Shown: positions 38,245 through 48,425 of the stretch, piece after piece
Numbering within the stretch: position 1 is the first letter of the stretch
Layout of the letters: each line of letters starts with the position of its first letter
Virus record (IMG/VR): IMGVR_UViG_3300031555_004779
Direction: 5' to 3' (one strand)
Origin: a virus
Taxonomy: Duplodnaviria > Heunggongvirae > Uroviricota > Caudoviricetes
DNA: 64,000 bases
The notes under the pieces: generated by a model
Told to the model about the DNA's origin: nothing
The model's database searches: none
The model's input: the letters and a program-made list of their open reading frames with translations, nothing else
Program-made: the position numbers and the translations under genes

Positions 38245-41200
38245 TTGAGTAATAAATCATACCCAGGAAGTTTACATAATCATACAGATTTTAGCAACCT
38301 GAGGCTTCGTGATAGTATAAACAAGGTATCTTCTCTCATTGATTATGCTATTGAATTAGGGCACTCATGTGTTGCGATTACCGACCATGAGTGCCTTAGT
38401 AGTTATATTCAAGTTGAAGAATACTATGAAAAAGTAAAAGATAAAATTAAAGTCATTCGTGGTAATGAAATTTATCTTACTCGTAATGGTCTAAACGCGA
38501 ATAATTTCAATAAAGAACGCGGCGATGATTATTACCACTTTATTCTTTTGGCAAAAGACGCTGAAGGATATAAGCAACTTTGTGAACTTTCTACAAGGGC
38601 TTGGTTGCGGTCTTATGTATCTCGTCGTTTGCGTCGTGTACCGACTTATTATAAGGATTTGAAAGATATTGTTGCTATAAATCCTGGCCATTTAGTAGCC
38701 AGCACGGCTTGTCTTGGCGGTCAGTTACCGAAGTTTCTTTTAAAATATTATAATACTGGTGATGAGAAGTATTGGGAAACTGCGGTAAATTGGTGTAAGT
38801 ATATGGTTAATATTTTTGGTGAAGGCAACTTCTATCTGGAGATGCAACCTTCTAAAAATAGAGAACAAGAAATCGTAAACTTACATATTTGTCGCCTACA
38901 TGATGAATTGAGTTTGCCGATAATTATCACGACTGATAGTCATTATCTTAAGAAAGAAGATGCTATTATTCATGAAAAGTATCTTAATTCTCAGGATGGC
39001 GACCGCGAAGTAAAGGCTTTCTATGAAACAACTTATATGATGGGAACGGAAGAACTTGAAAGTTTTTTTCCGTATCTTACTCGTCCTTATCTTGATGAGG
39101 CTTATGAAAATATTAATCATATTGCTTCAATGTGTGAAGATTTTTCAATCAAGCGACCGCTTCGTATTCCTTGCTTGCCTTGGAAAAGTTATAATGTAAG
39201 AAATACTATTGAAGTAGAAAAATACGTTTCTTATATGCCTGCTTTAGAAAACTTTGTAAAGTCATCTTACAAGGAAGATAATGAACTTGTTTTTGCTGTA
39301 ATTGATGGTATTATAAATCATTCTGACCTTCAGAATAAAGAGGCATATGAAGCATTAAACCAATGCTTGGAAATGACTTGGGTTTCAAGTGAAGTAAATA
39401 AAGCACGATGGAGCGCTTATTATCTTAATCTTCAGAAGATTATTGAGGAATGTTGGAATGCAGGAACTATTGTTGGTCCAGCTCGCGGTTCTGGTGGCGG
39501 TTTTCTTTTGTTGTATTGCTTGGATATTATCCAAATGAATGCACTTCGTGAAAAAACCACTATGTATCCTTGGCGTTTCTTGAATCCCGAACGTGTTAGT
39601 GTTCTTGATATTGACTTTGACGTTTCAGGTTTGAAGCGAAAAAATGTATTGGACCATCTTCGTAAAACTTATGGTGAAGATAGAGTTTGTAACGTTCTTA
39701 CTCTAAGAACTGAAAAATCTAAGAGTGCTATTCTAACCGCGGCGCGTGGTTTGGATATGACGCCGGAAGAAGGTCAGTATCTTTCTTCACTAGTTGGAGC
39801 AGAACGTGGTCAGTTGTTTACTTTGAAGCAGATGTATTATGGCGATGAAGAAAACGAAATGAAACCCAATGCGACTTTCGTTGAAGAAATGAATCGTCAT
39901 CCTCAACTTTGGGAAATTGCTCAGAAGATTGAAGGACTTATCTGCGGCGCCGGTATTCATGCTGGCGGCGTAGTATTTAATGATGAACCGTTTACAGAAA
40001 CTGCTTCACTTATGCGAGCGCCTGATGGTACTGTAATTAGTGGTTTTGAACTTCATGACCTTGAGAAGTGTAGTCTTATTAAGTATGACGCACTTTCTGT
40101 TGAAGGTATGGACCGTATTCAGGTTTGCCTTGAATTACTTATCAAATATGGTTTTATCAAAGAAGAAAAAACTTTAAAAGATACATATGAAAAAGTAATT
40201 GGTGTATATAACATTGAACGTGATGACCCATCAATGTGGGAAAAAGTTTGGAATCATGAGATTGTTAGTTTGTTCCAGATGGAACAGTCTTCTGGTATTC
40301 AAGGTATCGCAGCAACAAAGCCGCAGAACGTTGACGACTTGGCGGCGTTAAATTCTGTTATTCGTCTAATGGCGCAAGAAAAAGGCGCGGAAACTCCTAT
40401 TGAAAAATATGCTCGTTTTCGTAAGAACTTGAATGCTTGGGAAACTGAAATGATTAAGGCTGGTCTAACTGAGCAGGAACGTCAACTTTTACATAAAGAA
40501 CTTGATGCTTCTTCTGGTTTGTGTATCGCACAGGAACAGTTTATGATGTTAGTTCAGATTCCTGAAATTGGTGGTTTTGGATTGCAGTGGGCTGACCGTT
40601 TGAGAAAGTCTATTGCTAAGAAGAATCCCAAGGAATATGAAAAACTCACTGCTGAGTTCTTTGAAAACATGAAAAATAAAAATCTTTCTGTAAATCTTTG
40701 TAATTATGTTTGGAATACTCTAATTGCGATGAACCGTGGTTATGGTTTCAATCAGGCTCATACATTAGGCTATTCTCTTGTGGCTCTACAAGAAATGAAT
40801 TTGGCTTGTAAATATCCTATCATTTTCTGGAACACAGCAAATCTTATCGTAGACAGCGCGGGCGTTCAAGAAACTGAAGAAGGCGATGAAGAAACTTTAG
40901 TAGTTGAACTTGAAGATGAAGAAGTTGAGGAAATCGTTGATATTTATGAGCCGGAAGATTGGGAAGAATATGATTATGAAGATTTGCCCGATAGAACCGC
41001 GAAAAAGAAAAAGAAAAATAAGAGTATTGACTTTGGTAAAATTGCTATGGCAATCGGTAAGTTCCAAACAGCCGGCATAAAAGTTTTACCTCCAGACATT
41101 AATAAGTCTGACTTTAGTTTTACTCCGGATGTTGAATCTAATTCAATTGCGAGTGGACTTCGTAATATTACTCGTATTTCAGCGGATTTAGTTGAAAGAA

Positions 41201-42225
41201 TTATTGCAAATCGTCCATATTCTTCTATTGAAGATTTTAGGTCTAAAGTAAAAGTAAATAAAACACAAATGTTTAATCTGTTAAAGTGCGGCGCTTTTGA
41301 CTGTATTTATCCTGATAGAATGAAAGCAATTAAAGAATTTGCTTCATCTTTGGCAGACGTAAAATCAAACTTAACATTGGCGAATGTTCCTATGTTAATG
41401 AAGTATGGTATTCTTGAAGAAGCAGAAGAATACACTGAAATTTTTATGTATAATAAATTCTTAAGAAAGCATCTTACAGAAGATAAAAATTACATAGAAA
41501 TGGCTCCCAAAGCATTAGAGTATTATTGCGATAGATTTGATCCAGATGTATTAATTGGCGATGGTTCTCTTCTTCCAGTTAAGGCTTGGGAAAAACAGTA
41601 TAAAAAAGCAATTGAACCTCTTGGAGCGTTCATTAAAGAAAACAAAGAGTTTTTACTTGAAGAACTTAATACTGCTCTAATTAAAGAACAATTGGAAGAA
41701 TATTCTAATGCTTCTTTATCTCGTTATGAAATTGAATCTATGTCTTTCTATTATCATGAACATGAATTAAAAAATATGGATAGAATTAAATATGATTTAG
41801 TTGACTTTAATTCTTTACCATTTGAACCGGAAGTTGAAAGAACTTTCCCTGCGAAAGATGGTAATGGAGAAATTAAACTTTATCGTTTATATCATATTTG
41901 TGGAACTGTTCTTGATAAAAATAAGATGAAAGGTAATGTAAGTTTGCTAACTCCTGATGGAGTTGTAAACGTAAAAGTTTGGAAAAATCAATTCGCTAAA
42001 TATGACAAACAGATTTCTGAAGTTGGTTTAGACGGCAAGAAGCATGTGATGGAACGCAGTTGGTTCCAGCGAGGAAATCTATTGTATATTCAGGGTATTC
42101 GTCGCGGCGATAGTTTTATTCCAAAAACATATAAAGGTAGCCTTCATAGGATTCCTATTATGAAGATTACCAAGATTGATGGTAAAGATATTGAATTTAC
42201 CAATTTGAGGTATGATGAAGTATGA
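38245..42225 (+). CDS. dnaE: DNA polymerase III alpha subunit (family C)
   Basis: PHP LHNHTDFS/AITDH, GPARGSGGG, RFLNPERVSVLDIDFD, HAGG, KYDAL, YGFNQAH, PPDINKS. Confidence 0.95.
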   Translation: MSNKSYPGSLHNHTDFSNLRLRDSINKVSSLIDYAIELGHSCVAITDHECLSSYIQVEEYYEKVKDKIKVIRGNEIYLTRNGLNANNFNKERGDDYYHFILLAKDAEGYKQLCELSTRAWLRSYVSRRLRRVPTYYKDLKDIVAINPGHLVASTACLGGQLPKFLLKYYNTGDEKYWETAVNWCKYMVNIFGEGNFYLEMQPSKNREQEIVNLHICRLHDELSLPIIITTDSHYLKKEDAIIHEKYLNSQDGDREVKAFYETTYMMGTEELESFFPYLTRPYLDEAYENINHIASMCEDFSIKRPLRIPCLPWKSYNVRNTIEVEKYVSYMPALENFVKSSYKEDNELVFAVIDGIINHSDLQNKEAYEALNQCLEMTWVSSEVNKARWSAYYLNLQKIIEECWNAGTIVGPARGSGGGFLLLYCLDIIQMNALREKTTMYPWRFLNPERVSVLDIDFDVSGLKRKNVLDHLRKTYGEDRVCNVLTLRTEKSKSAILTAARGLDMTPEEGQYLSSLVGAERGQLFTLKQMYYGDEENEMKPNATFVEEMNRHPQLWEIAQKIEGLICGAGIHAGGVVFNDEPFTETASLMRAPDGTVISGFELHDLEKCSLIKYDALSVEGMDRIQVCLELLIKYGFIKEEKTLKDTYEKVIGVYNIERDDPSMWEKVWNHEIVSLFQMEQSSGIQGIAATKPQNVDDLAALNSVIRLMAQEKGAETPIEKYARFRKNLNAWETEMIKAGLTEQERQLLHKELDASSGLCIAQEQFMMLVQIPEIGGFGLQWADRLRKSIAKKNPKEYEKLTAEFFENMKNKNLSVNLCNYVWNTLIAMNRGYGFNQAHTLGYSLVALQEMNLACKYPIIFWNTANLIVDSAGVQETEEGDEETLVVELEDEEVEEIVDIYEPEDWEEYDYEDLPDRTAKKKKKNKSIDFGKIAMAIGKFQTAGIKVLPPDINKSDFSFTPDVESNSIASGLRNITRISADLVERIIANRPYSSIEDFRSKVKVNKTQMFNLLKCGAFDCIYPDRMKAIKEFASSLADVKSNLTLANVPMLMKYGILEEAEEYTEIFMYNKFLRKHLTEDKNYIEMAPKALEYYCDRFDPDVLIGDGSLLPVKAWEKQYKKAIEPLGAFIKENKEFLLEELNTALIKEQLEEYSNASLSRYEIESMSFYYHEHELKNMDRIKYDLVDFNSLPFEPEVERTFPAKDGNGEIKLYRLYHICGTVLDKNKMKGNVSLLTPDGVVNVKVWKNQFAKYDKQISEVGLDGKKHVMERSWFQRGNLLYIQGIRRGDSFIPKTYKGSLHRIPIMKITKIDGKDIEFTNLRYDEV

Positions 42226-43292
42226 TAGGAATTTATGATTATGATTTTATAACTCGCGCTCATGGAAGGGGGTTGCCGCCTCCTTCCATTGAAGCGATGA
42301 AGATGGCAACTTATTTGAAGCGATATGAAAAGAAACCTTACCGTTTACTTACTTCTTTAGAACAAATATTAAATTGTGAAAAAGTTTATTTCTTTACAAA
42401 TCAGATTGTAGAGGAAATTCCTACGGAAGTTTTCTTTTATGATAATGTTGAGTTTTATGGAGAATATATGAGTGAAGTCTTATCACCTTTAATTCAACAT
42501 ATGGCTCCTGACGTATCTCTTTATAAAGAAGAAATACAAAAAAGAATCGCCGAAGATAAAGTTGGCTCAGCGAAAGCATTATCATTTTTAGATTCAATTT
42601 ATTATCAAGCGAAAATAAACGGAGAAACATTACCAGTGCCGCCGATGTCATCTAAAAAGAAAATCTATATTTATGATAAAGATTTTCTTGGCTATGAAGA
42701 TTGTTGGGAAATATTGGATAAAATTATTGAGAGGCGGCCAAGTACAATTCATATGACAGAGATGATACAATGTCATACGATGAAACAGTTTCTTTTTCTT
42801 CGTGAAGAATATGAAAAAGTAAGTCGAGCGAATAAAATTGCCTTGGATTATTTTGTTCCTCTTCATCAATTAGAAGTATATTTTGGAAAATACAAAATGA
42901 AACTTCTTGGTGAAATTACAAAAAATTCTAGTGTTTATATTTACTTAGGAAAATGTTACGGCGCCCAAGCGTATAACAATACTTTTTATGTAAAAAATAT
43001 ACTTTACTGTTTAAATCTTCTTTTCAGTTATTACTCAAGAAATATTCCAATTATGGCAGAAATATATTATCCTAAATTTGAAGAAGATAATCCATATATT
43101 GAAATCTATAAAGCAATAAAATCTTGGGCTAATAATGAAGATTGGGATATTATATTACAAGATTCTTTTAGAACGAAACTTCAAAAAGAAAAACTAGAAC
43201 AACTTTTAGATAAACATCCAATTATGAAACCATTCTTCTCTTATTCTAAAAATAAATTAAAAGATACTAGAGGAATATGGAGGATTATATAA
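42222..43292 (+). CDS. Hypothetical protein
   Basis: ATGA overlap with dnaE, 356 aa open. Confidence 0.75.
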   Translation: MIGIYDYDFITRAHGRGLPPPSIEAMKMATYLKRYEKKPYRLLTSLEQILNCEKVYFFTNQIVEEIPTEVFFYDNVEFYGEYMSEVLSPLIQHMAPDVSLYKEEIQKRIAEDKVGSAKALSFLDSIYYQAKINGETLPVPPMSSKKKIYIYDKDFLGYEDCWEILDKIIERRPSTIHMTEMIQCHTMKQFLFLREEYEKVSRANKIALDYFVPLHQLEVYFGKYKMKLLGEITKNSSVYIYLGKCYGAQAYNNTFYVKNILYCLNLLFSYYSRNIPIMAEIYYPKFEEDNPYIEIYKAIKSWANNEDWDIILQDSFRTKLQKEKLEQLLDKHPIMKPFFSYSKNKLKDTRGIWRII

Positions 43293-43507
43293 TGACTAAT
43301 TTTGAAATTAAAACTGAGATTGAACAACTTGAAGCAAGAAAAAGAGAACTACAAATGTCTTCTTTTGAATTGAATGTTGAGGCTTTAGATATCAATGCGC
43401 GCATCGCCCATCTTCGCAATGAATGCACTCATACTGATGCTGACGGTACTTTTGCTATTAACAAACATGAACGTTGTAAGTATTGCGGGCGGAATATGCA
43501 CAAGTGA
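43292..43507 (+). CDS. Small hypothetical protein (coiled coil plus CxH/CxxC)
   Basis: GGAGG RBS, ECTH...CKYCG. Confidence 0.6.
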   Translation: MTNFEIKTEIEQLEARKRELQMSSFELNVEALDINARIAHLRNECTHTDADGTFAINKHERCKYCGRNMHK

Positions 43508-43710
43508 TTATACTCTATCATATCAATTCACATCAATGTAAAACAGTTAAACAAAAACTTATTGAAAAGAAATTACAATACAAAGAAATAACCGATGTAG
43601 ACGAAATACTAAAATCCCATATATTTCAGGTTCCTACTCTTGTAGTAGAAGAGCAAGAATACGGATTTATTCAAGCGTTGAAATGGTTGAATAAGGTGGG
43701 AAAAATATGA
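43504..43710 (+). CDS. NrdH/glutaredoxin-like protein with degenerate active site
   Basis: IILY...SHQCKTVKQKL...VPTLVV...ALKWL pattern. Directly upstream of nrdD. Confidence 0.6.
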   Translation: MIILYHINSHQCKTVKQKLIEKKLQYKEITDVDEILKSHIFQVPTLVVEEQEYGFIQALKWLNKVGKI

Positions 43711-45917
43711 ATATTACAGTTATTAAACGTAGTGGAATCAAAACTGAATTTAATGGTGAAAAAATTATCTTAGCAATTACTAAAGCATACGATGGGGAAG
43801 AAACTCCAAAATACGCTTTTTCAATTGTAAAAAAAATTGAAAAATATGCCAAGAAAAATGGTAATATTATTCATGTAGAAGATATTCAAAATTTAATTGA
43901 AATTCATCTAATGAAACGCGATAAGAAAACTGCTCGTGAATTTATTAGATATAGATATAAGCGAGAAGTTGCTCGCAATAGTTCTACTGAGTTTATTGAT
44001 GCAATGACAGATAAGCTCATGGCGAAGAACGTAGAAAATTCTAACGCTAATGTAGATGAACATTCTTTTGGCGGGCGCGTTGGCGAAGCTTCTAATGAAA
44101 TGATGAAGCAGTATGCTCTTGACCATTGTATGAGTGAGCTTTCAAGAAAGAATCATCTAAATAATGAAATTTATATTCATGACTTGTCTGCTTATGCAGT
44201 AGGCATGCATAACTGTCTATCTATGCCGCTAGATGATTTACTTGCCAAAGGTTTCAATACTCGTCAAGTAGACATTCGTCCTGCCGGCAGTATCAATACT
44301 GCTTTTCAACTTGTAGCCGTTCTTTTCCAATTGCAGAGTCTTATGCAGTTTGGCGGCGTAAGTGCAACACACTTGGATTGGACAATGGTTCCATATATTC
44401 GCAGAAGTTTTTATAAGCATTATAAAGACGGAATTAAATACTTTGAAAATGAAAGTATTGATGTAAATGATTATCAAATCAAAGTAGAACATACTAGTAT
44501 TGACGATGCTTTCTATCGTAAAGAAGCGAATCCTCAAGTTTATGAATATGCAATGGATATGACTAAGCGAGAGTTAAATCAAGCCGTTGAAGGTTTTTAT
44601 CATAATCTTAACTCACTACAAAGTCGTAGTGGAAATCAGCTTCCGTTCAGTTCCATTAATTATGGCACTTGTACTCTTATTGAAGGACGTATGACTATTG
44701 AAGCAATTCTTGGCGGTAGTTTAAAGGGTGTTGGAAAATTCCATCGTACAAGTGTATTCCCTTGTGGTATTTTCCAGTGTATGAAGGGTGTCAATCAGGA
44801 AACTAATGAACCTAATTATGACATGTTCCGTTTAGCGCTAAAATCTACAGCAAAACGTTTATATCCAAATTATGCTAATTGTGATTGGAGTGGCAATGCT
44901 GGTTATGATAGAAATGACCCTCGTACATATTTTAGTACCATGGGATGCCGCACAGCCAATGGTTGGGATATCAATGGATTTGGTCAGTTAAAAGATGGCC
45001 GCGGCAATATTTGTCCTGTAACAATTATTTTACCAACTTTAGCAATGCAAGCACGTGAGCTTTGGGAGGAAGATGGTGGCAATGAAGATAGCCTAGAAGA
45101 TGTTTTCCTTAATATGCTATACTATAAAATTGGCGAAGCAAAAGATATGCTCATTGAACGTTTTGAATATATTTGCTCTCAGCCGGCGTCCTCAGCGAAA
45201 TTCATGTATGAGAATAACACAATGGCAGGTTACGTGCCAGAAGAAGGAATTCGGTCTGCTTTAAAGCATGGCACACTTGCACTTGGGCAGTTAGGTTTAG
45301 CAGAAACATTACAAATTCTTGTAGGATATGACCATACAGAAAAGACTGGTATGGACTTAGCCAAGAAGATTGAACAAATGTTTAAAGAACGTTGCGCTGA
45401 ATTTAAAGAGAAATATAAACTGAATTTTGGCGTGTATTATACTCCCGCCGAGTCCCTTTGTTATACAGCAATGAAAAAGTTCCAGCAGAAATATGGAATT
45501 ATTCCTAATGTTTCTGACCGCGAATATTTCACCAACAGTATTCATGTTCCAGTCTGGAAAGAACTATCTCCATTTGAAAAAATTGATATTGAAAGCCAAC
45601 TAACTGGTTATTCTTCTGCTGGTTGTATTACTTATGTAGAAATGCCAAGTGGAGTAAAGAATAATGTTGATGCTCTAGAACAGATAGTTAAATATGCTAT
45701 GAATAAAGATATTCCTTATTTTGCTATCAATGTTCCAGTTGATACATGTCTAAACTGTGGCTACAGTGATGAAATTAACGATAAATGTCCCGAATGCGGT
45801 AGTTCTAATATTCAGCGTCTTCGTCGTGTAACTGGTTATTTAACAAATGACTACAAAACTGCTTTTAATTACGGTAAGCAAAAGGAAACAGAAGACCGTG
45901 TAAAGCACGCTCATTAA
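43707..45917 (+). CDS. nrdD: Anaerobic (class III) ribonucleoside-triphosphate reductase
   Basis: ATP cone (VIKRSG), ENSNAN, IYIHDL, HNCL, MGCRT, TPAES, YFTNS, CxxC...CxxC, RRVTGYL glycyl-radical motif. Confidence 0.95.
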   Translation: MNITVIKRSGIKTEFNGEKIILAITKAYDGEETPKYAFSIVKKIEKYAKKNGNIIHVEDIQNLIEIHLMKRDKKTAREFIRYRYKREVARNSSTEFIDAMTDKLMAKNVENSNANVDEHSFGGRVGEASNEMMKQYALDHCMSELSRKNHLNNEIYIHDLSAYAVGMHNCLSMPLDDLLAKGFNTRQVDIRPAGSINTAFQLVAVLFQLQSLMQFGGVSATHLDWTMVPYIRRSFYKHYKDGIKYFENESIDVNDYQIKVEHTSIDDAFYRKEANPQVYEYAMDMTKRELNQAVEGFYHNLNSLQSRSGNQLPFSSINYGTCTLIEGRMTIEAILGGSLKGVGKFHRTSVFPCGIFQCMKGVNQETNEPNYDMFRLALKSTAKRLYPNYANCDWSGNAGYDRNDPRTYFSTMGCRTANGWDINGFGQLKDGRGNICPVTIILPTLAMQARELWEEDGGNEDSLEDVFLNMLYYKIGEAKDMLIERFEYICSQPASSAKFMYENNTMAGYVPEEGIRSALKHGTLALGQLGLAETLQILVGYDHTEKTGMDLAKKIEQMFKERCAEFKEKYKLNFGVYYTPAESLCYTAMKKFQQKYGIIPNVSDREYFTNSIHVPVWKELSPFEKIDIESQLTGYSSAGCITYVEMPSGVKNNVDALEQIVKYAMNKDIPYFAINVPVDTCLNCGYSDEINDKCPECGSSNIQRLRRVTGYLTNDYKTAFNYGKQKETEDRVKHAH

Positions 45918-45926
45918 GGTGATATT

Positions 45927-46409
45927 ATGTTAGGAAAGATAGCAGGTATTTACTATAATGACACTGCCGCGGCTCCCGGCTTTTGTGTTTCAGTATATGT
46001 AAGCGGTTGTGATTTACATTGTAAGGGTTGCCATAATCCTCAAGCTCAAAGCTTTGATTATGGCGAAGAACTTACAGAGGAATTAATTCAAAAAATTATT
46101 TTAGCCTTGAATGCGAATGGAGTAATGAGAAAGTTATGTATTCTTGGTGGCGAACCTTTACATCCAATGAATGTTCCAATGACTGAATATCTAATTAAAA
46201 GATGTAAAGAAGTATTTCATAATCTTGAAATTTATATTTGGTCTGGATATGATTATGAAATATTAAAAAATAGAAAGGAATGTAATTATATTTTAAATAC
46301 TGCAACTTGCCTTATTGATGGTTTATTTATTGAAGAGTTGCGAGATACTACCCTTCCAATGCGTGGCAGTAGCAACCAAAATATAATTATGCTAAAAGAA
46401 AATGAATAA
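45927..46409 (+). CDS. nrdG: Anaerobic RNR activating enzyme
   Basis: GCDLHCKGCHN (CxxxCxxC), LGGEP, IDG, RGSSNQ. Confidence 0.93.
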   Translation: MLGKIAGIYYNDTAAAPGFCVSVYVSGCDLHCKGCHNPQAQSFDYGEELTEELIQKIILALNANGVMRKLCILGGEPLHPMNVPMTEYLIKRCKEVFHNLEIYIWSGYDYEILKNRKECNYILNTATCLIDGLFIEELRDTTLPMRGSSNQNIIMLKENE

Positions 46410-46944
46410 AAAATCCTTTGCCGGCGGTCTTTGTATTGGGCTTGCGGCGTTGGCTAATATGCTGGCGCCGCACCCAGTTATTGGTGCTTTTTTGTTTTGC
46501 TTTGGCTTATTTGCTATTTTAGCAAATGATTTTAAATTATGTACTGGTATGTTCGGTAATTGTAAATCCTTCAAAGATTGGCTAAATGCTTTAGGTGTTT
46601 TAGTCGGTAATTATTGGGGAGCATCGCTAATTGCTATTTTTGCTTTATTGTGCGGATGGGAATTACCGAAAGTAGTCGTATATAATGCCAATCTATGGAC
46701 GGTATTGTACAAGTCTATTTTATGTGGTGCTATGATTCACATTGGAGTAAAGTCGTATAAAAATGGTCACCCGTTAGTTATGTTCCTTTCAGTAGCATTA
46801 TTTGTATTGTGCGGAATGGAACATTGTGTAGCCAATACTTTTTTACTTCTTTTCAGTTCTACTTCTGGTTTCTTACCAGCATATGGAATCAATATTATCG
46901 GTAATGCCGTTGGTGCGAAAATAATGGACTATTTTCTCTCTTAA
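46402..46944 (+). CDS. Formate/nitrite transporter (FNT, FocA-like) family channel, compact
   Basis: Hydrophobic, with LCTG, GNYWGA, KSILCG, FVLCGMEHCVAN and GNAVG FNT signatures. Confidence 0.8.
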   Translation: MNKKSFAGGLCIGLAALANMLAPHPVIGAFLFCFGLFAILANDFKLCTGMFGNCKSFKDWLNALGVLVGNYWGASLIAIFALLCGWELPKVVVYNANLWTVLYKSILCGAMIHIGVKSYKNGHPLVMFLSVALFVLCGMEHCVANTFLLLFSSTSGFLPAYGINIIGNAVGAKIMDYFLS

Positions 46945-46950
46945 AATTTT

Positions 46951-47002
46951 AAAGTCAAATTTTTTAAAAAAATTTGACTTTTTCTTTTTTTTGTTTTATA
47001 AT
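46951..47002 (+). promoter_or_regulatory. Palindromic terminator overlapping a consensus promoter
   Basis: AAAGTCAAATTTTTT-A-AAAAAATTTGACTTT inverted repeat plus T-run. Its right arm contains the -35 (TTGACT 46974), with TATAAT at 46997. Confidence 0.7.
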
Positions 47003-47030
47003 AAAATAAATCAAAAAGGAGAATAAGAAC

Positions 47031-48020
47031 ATGACAACTACTTGGATTATTGTAATACTATGTTTTGCTCTTGTTTTATTCTATTTCTACACTCAAGGTC
47101 GCGAAGATAAATATAAGGAAAGTTATGGCGACCTAGAGCGTCTACGCGCAGAAAGGTTGGATTTAGAGGAATAGAATAATCTAAAAAGAGAAACTAATGA
47201 AGAACTAAAAAAAGAGTATGCAAATTGGAAGGATTTACTTAATTGTATAGATAATGATATCCAAGGCGCGAATAATAAATTAAGCCATTTAAATGATATC
47301 ATTTCATAGAAAGAAATTCTTATAGAGTAGAAGCAATCTTTGATTGATAATGGTATTGGAAAGTTAGAAGAAGAAAAGAAAAATAGTATGGCGATGCGTT
47401 TAGTTCAGGAGCAAAAACGTTTAGATGAGCTATTAGAAGAAACTCGGAAAGTTTCTGAACGAAGTATTGCTGAATGGACTGAAAAAGCAGAAGATGCTCG
47501 TAATAAATATCTTTCAGTAATGGAAACTTTGCGGGCAGAAGAATCTATTCAAGAAACGCACATGCTTCAAATTCCGCAGAATATTCGTGATGATATTTCA
47601 TATTTAATTGAAACAGTAGTACCTCGTTTGAATAATAAAGAACTTATTAATAAACTTATTTGGTCTGAGTATATTCAAAATACTACTAAAGATATGCTAG
47701 AAGCTATTCTTCCAAGTAAAGAATGTTCTGGTATTTATAAAATTACTAATGTTGAAACGAAGAAAAGTTACATTGGTCGTTCAACAAATGTTTATAAACG
47801 ACTTCAAGACCACATTAAAAGTTCTTGTGGAATTGCTACAATTGCTGATTAGAAAGTTCATCATGCTATGCGAGATGAAGGATTATGGAATTTCCAATTT
47901 GAATTGTTAGAAGAATGCGATAAATCCAAATTAGGAGAGCGCGAAAAATATTATATTGAATTTTTTCAAACTCAAAAATATGGTTATAATGCTGTCGCCG
48001 GAAGTGCATTTAAGGAGTAA
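47031..48020 (+). CDS. Membrane-anchored coiled-coil GIY-YIG endonuclease, 329 aa (four in-frame TAG)
   Basis: AAGGAG RBS and ATG 47031, N-terminal TM (WIIVILCFALVLFYFY), coiled coil, SGIYKITN...SYIGRS...RLQDH, then after a TAG: FELLEEC...REKYYI...GYN. TAA 48018-48020. Confidence 0.85.
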
Positions 48021-48023
48021 TTA

Positions 48024-48425
48024 ATGGAAATTAACGAAATTATCCCAATAGAAAAACGTAGTAGATTATGTGTTCATTGTGATGATAAGTGTAAAACTAC
48101 TTATCTAATTGCCGAACCTCGTATGGGTAAAACAACCGAAACAATTCGTCAAGCGGTTTTTCGTCGCTGTCATATCCTTTCTAAAGAATATGATTATTTC
48201 CGTTCAGTTGGTATGAAGCATGTTTCAGAAACTACTGGAAGTGAAATTGGTTTTTTAGGTATTAGAGATTTACTTTACAGCGATAAAAACTATTTTGAAG
48301 GAAAGCAAAAACTAAATTTATGTGTTGATGGAGCAAAAGGAATATTAGAAGAATTACTATCTGAACGTTTTGGAGTTCCAGTAGAAATTCAATATATGTC
48401 AATTGAAGCACCGAGGAATAATTAA
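48024..48425 (+). CDS. Hypothetical protein (P-loop-like PRMGKTT)
   Basis: AAGGAG RBS, open ORF. Confidence 0.6.
   Translation: MEINEIIPIEKRSRLCVHCDDKCKTTYLIAEPRMGKTTETIRQAVFRRCHILSKEYDYFRSVGMKHVSETTGSEIGFLGIRDLLYSDKNYFEGKQKLNLCVDGAKGILEELLSERFGVPVEIQYMSIEAPRNN

Noticed and set aside
25766..45545. Minus-strand track ORFs within the replication block
   Set aside because: They are antisense to well-supported enzymes and carry no recognisable motifs.
47700..48020. Intron-associated or free-standing homing endonuclease
   Set aside because: The GIY-YIG domain is fused in frame to a TM/coiled-coil protein, and no interrupted host gene is nearby.
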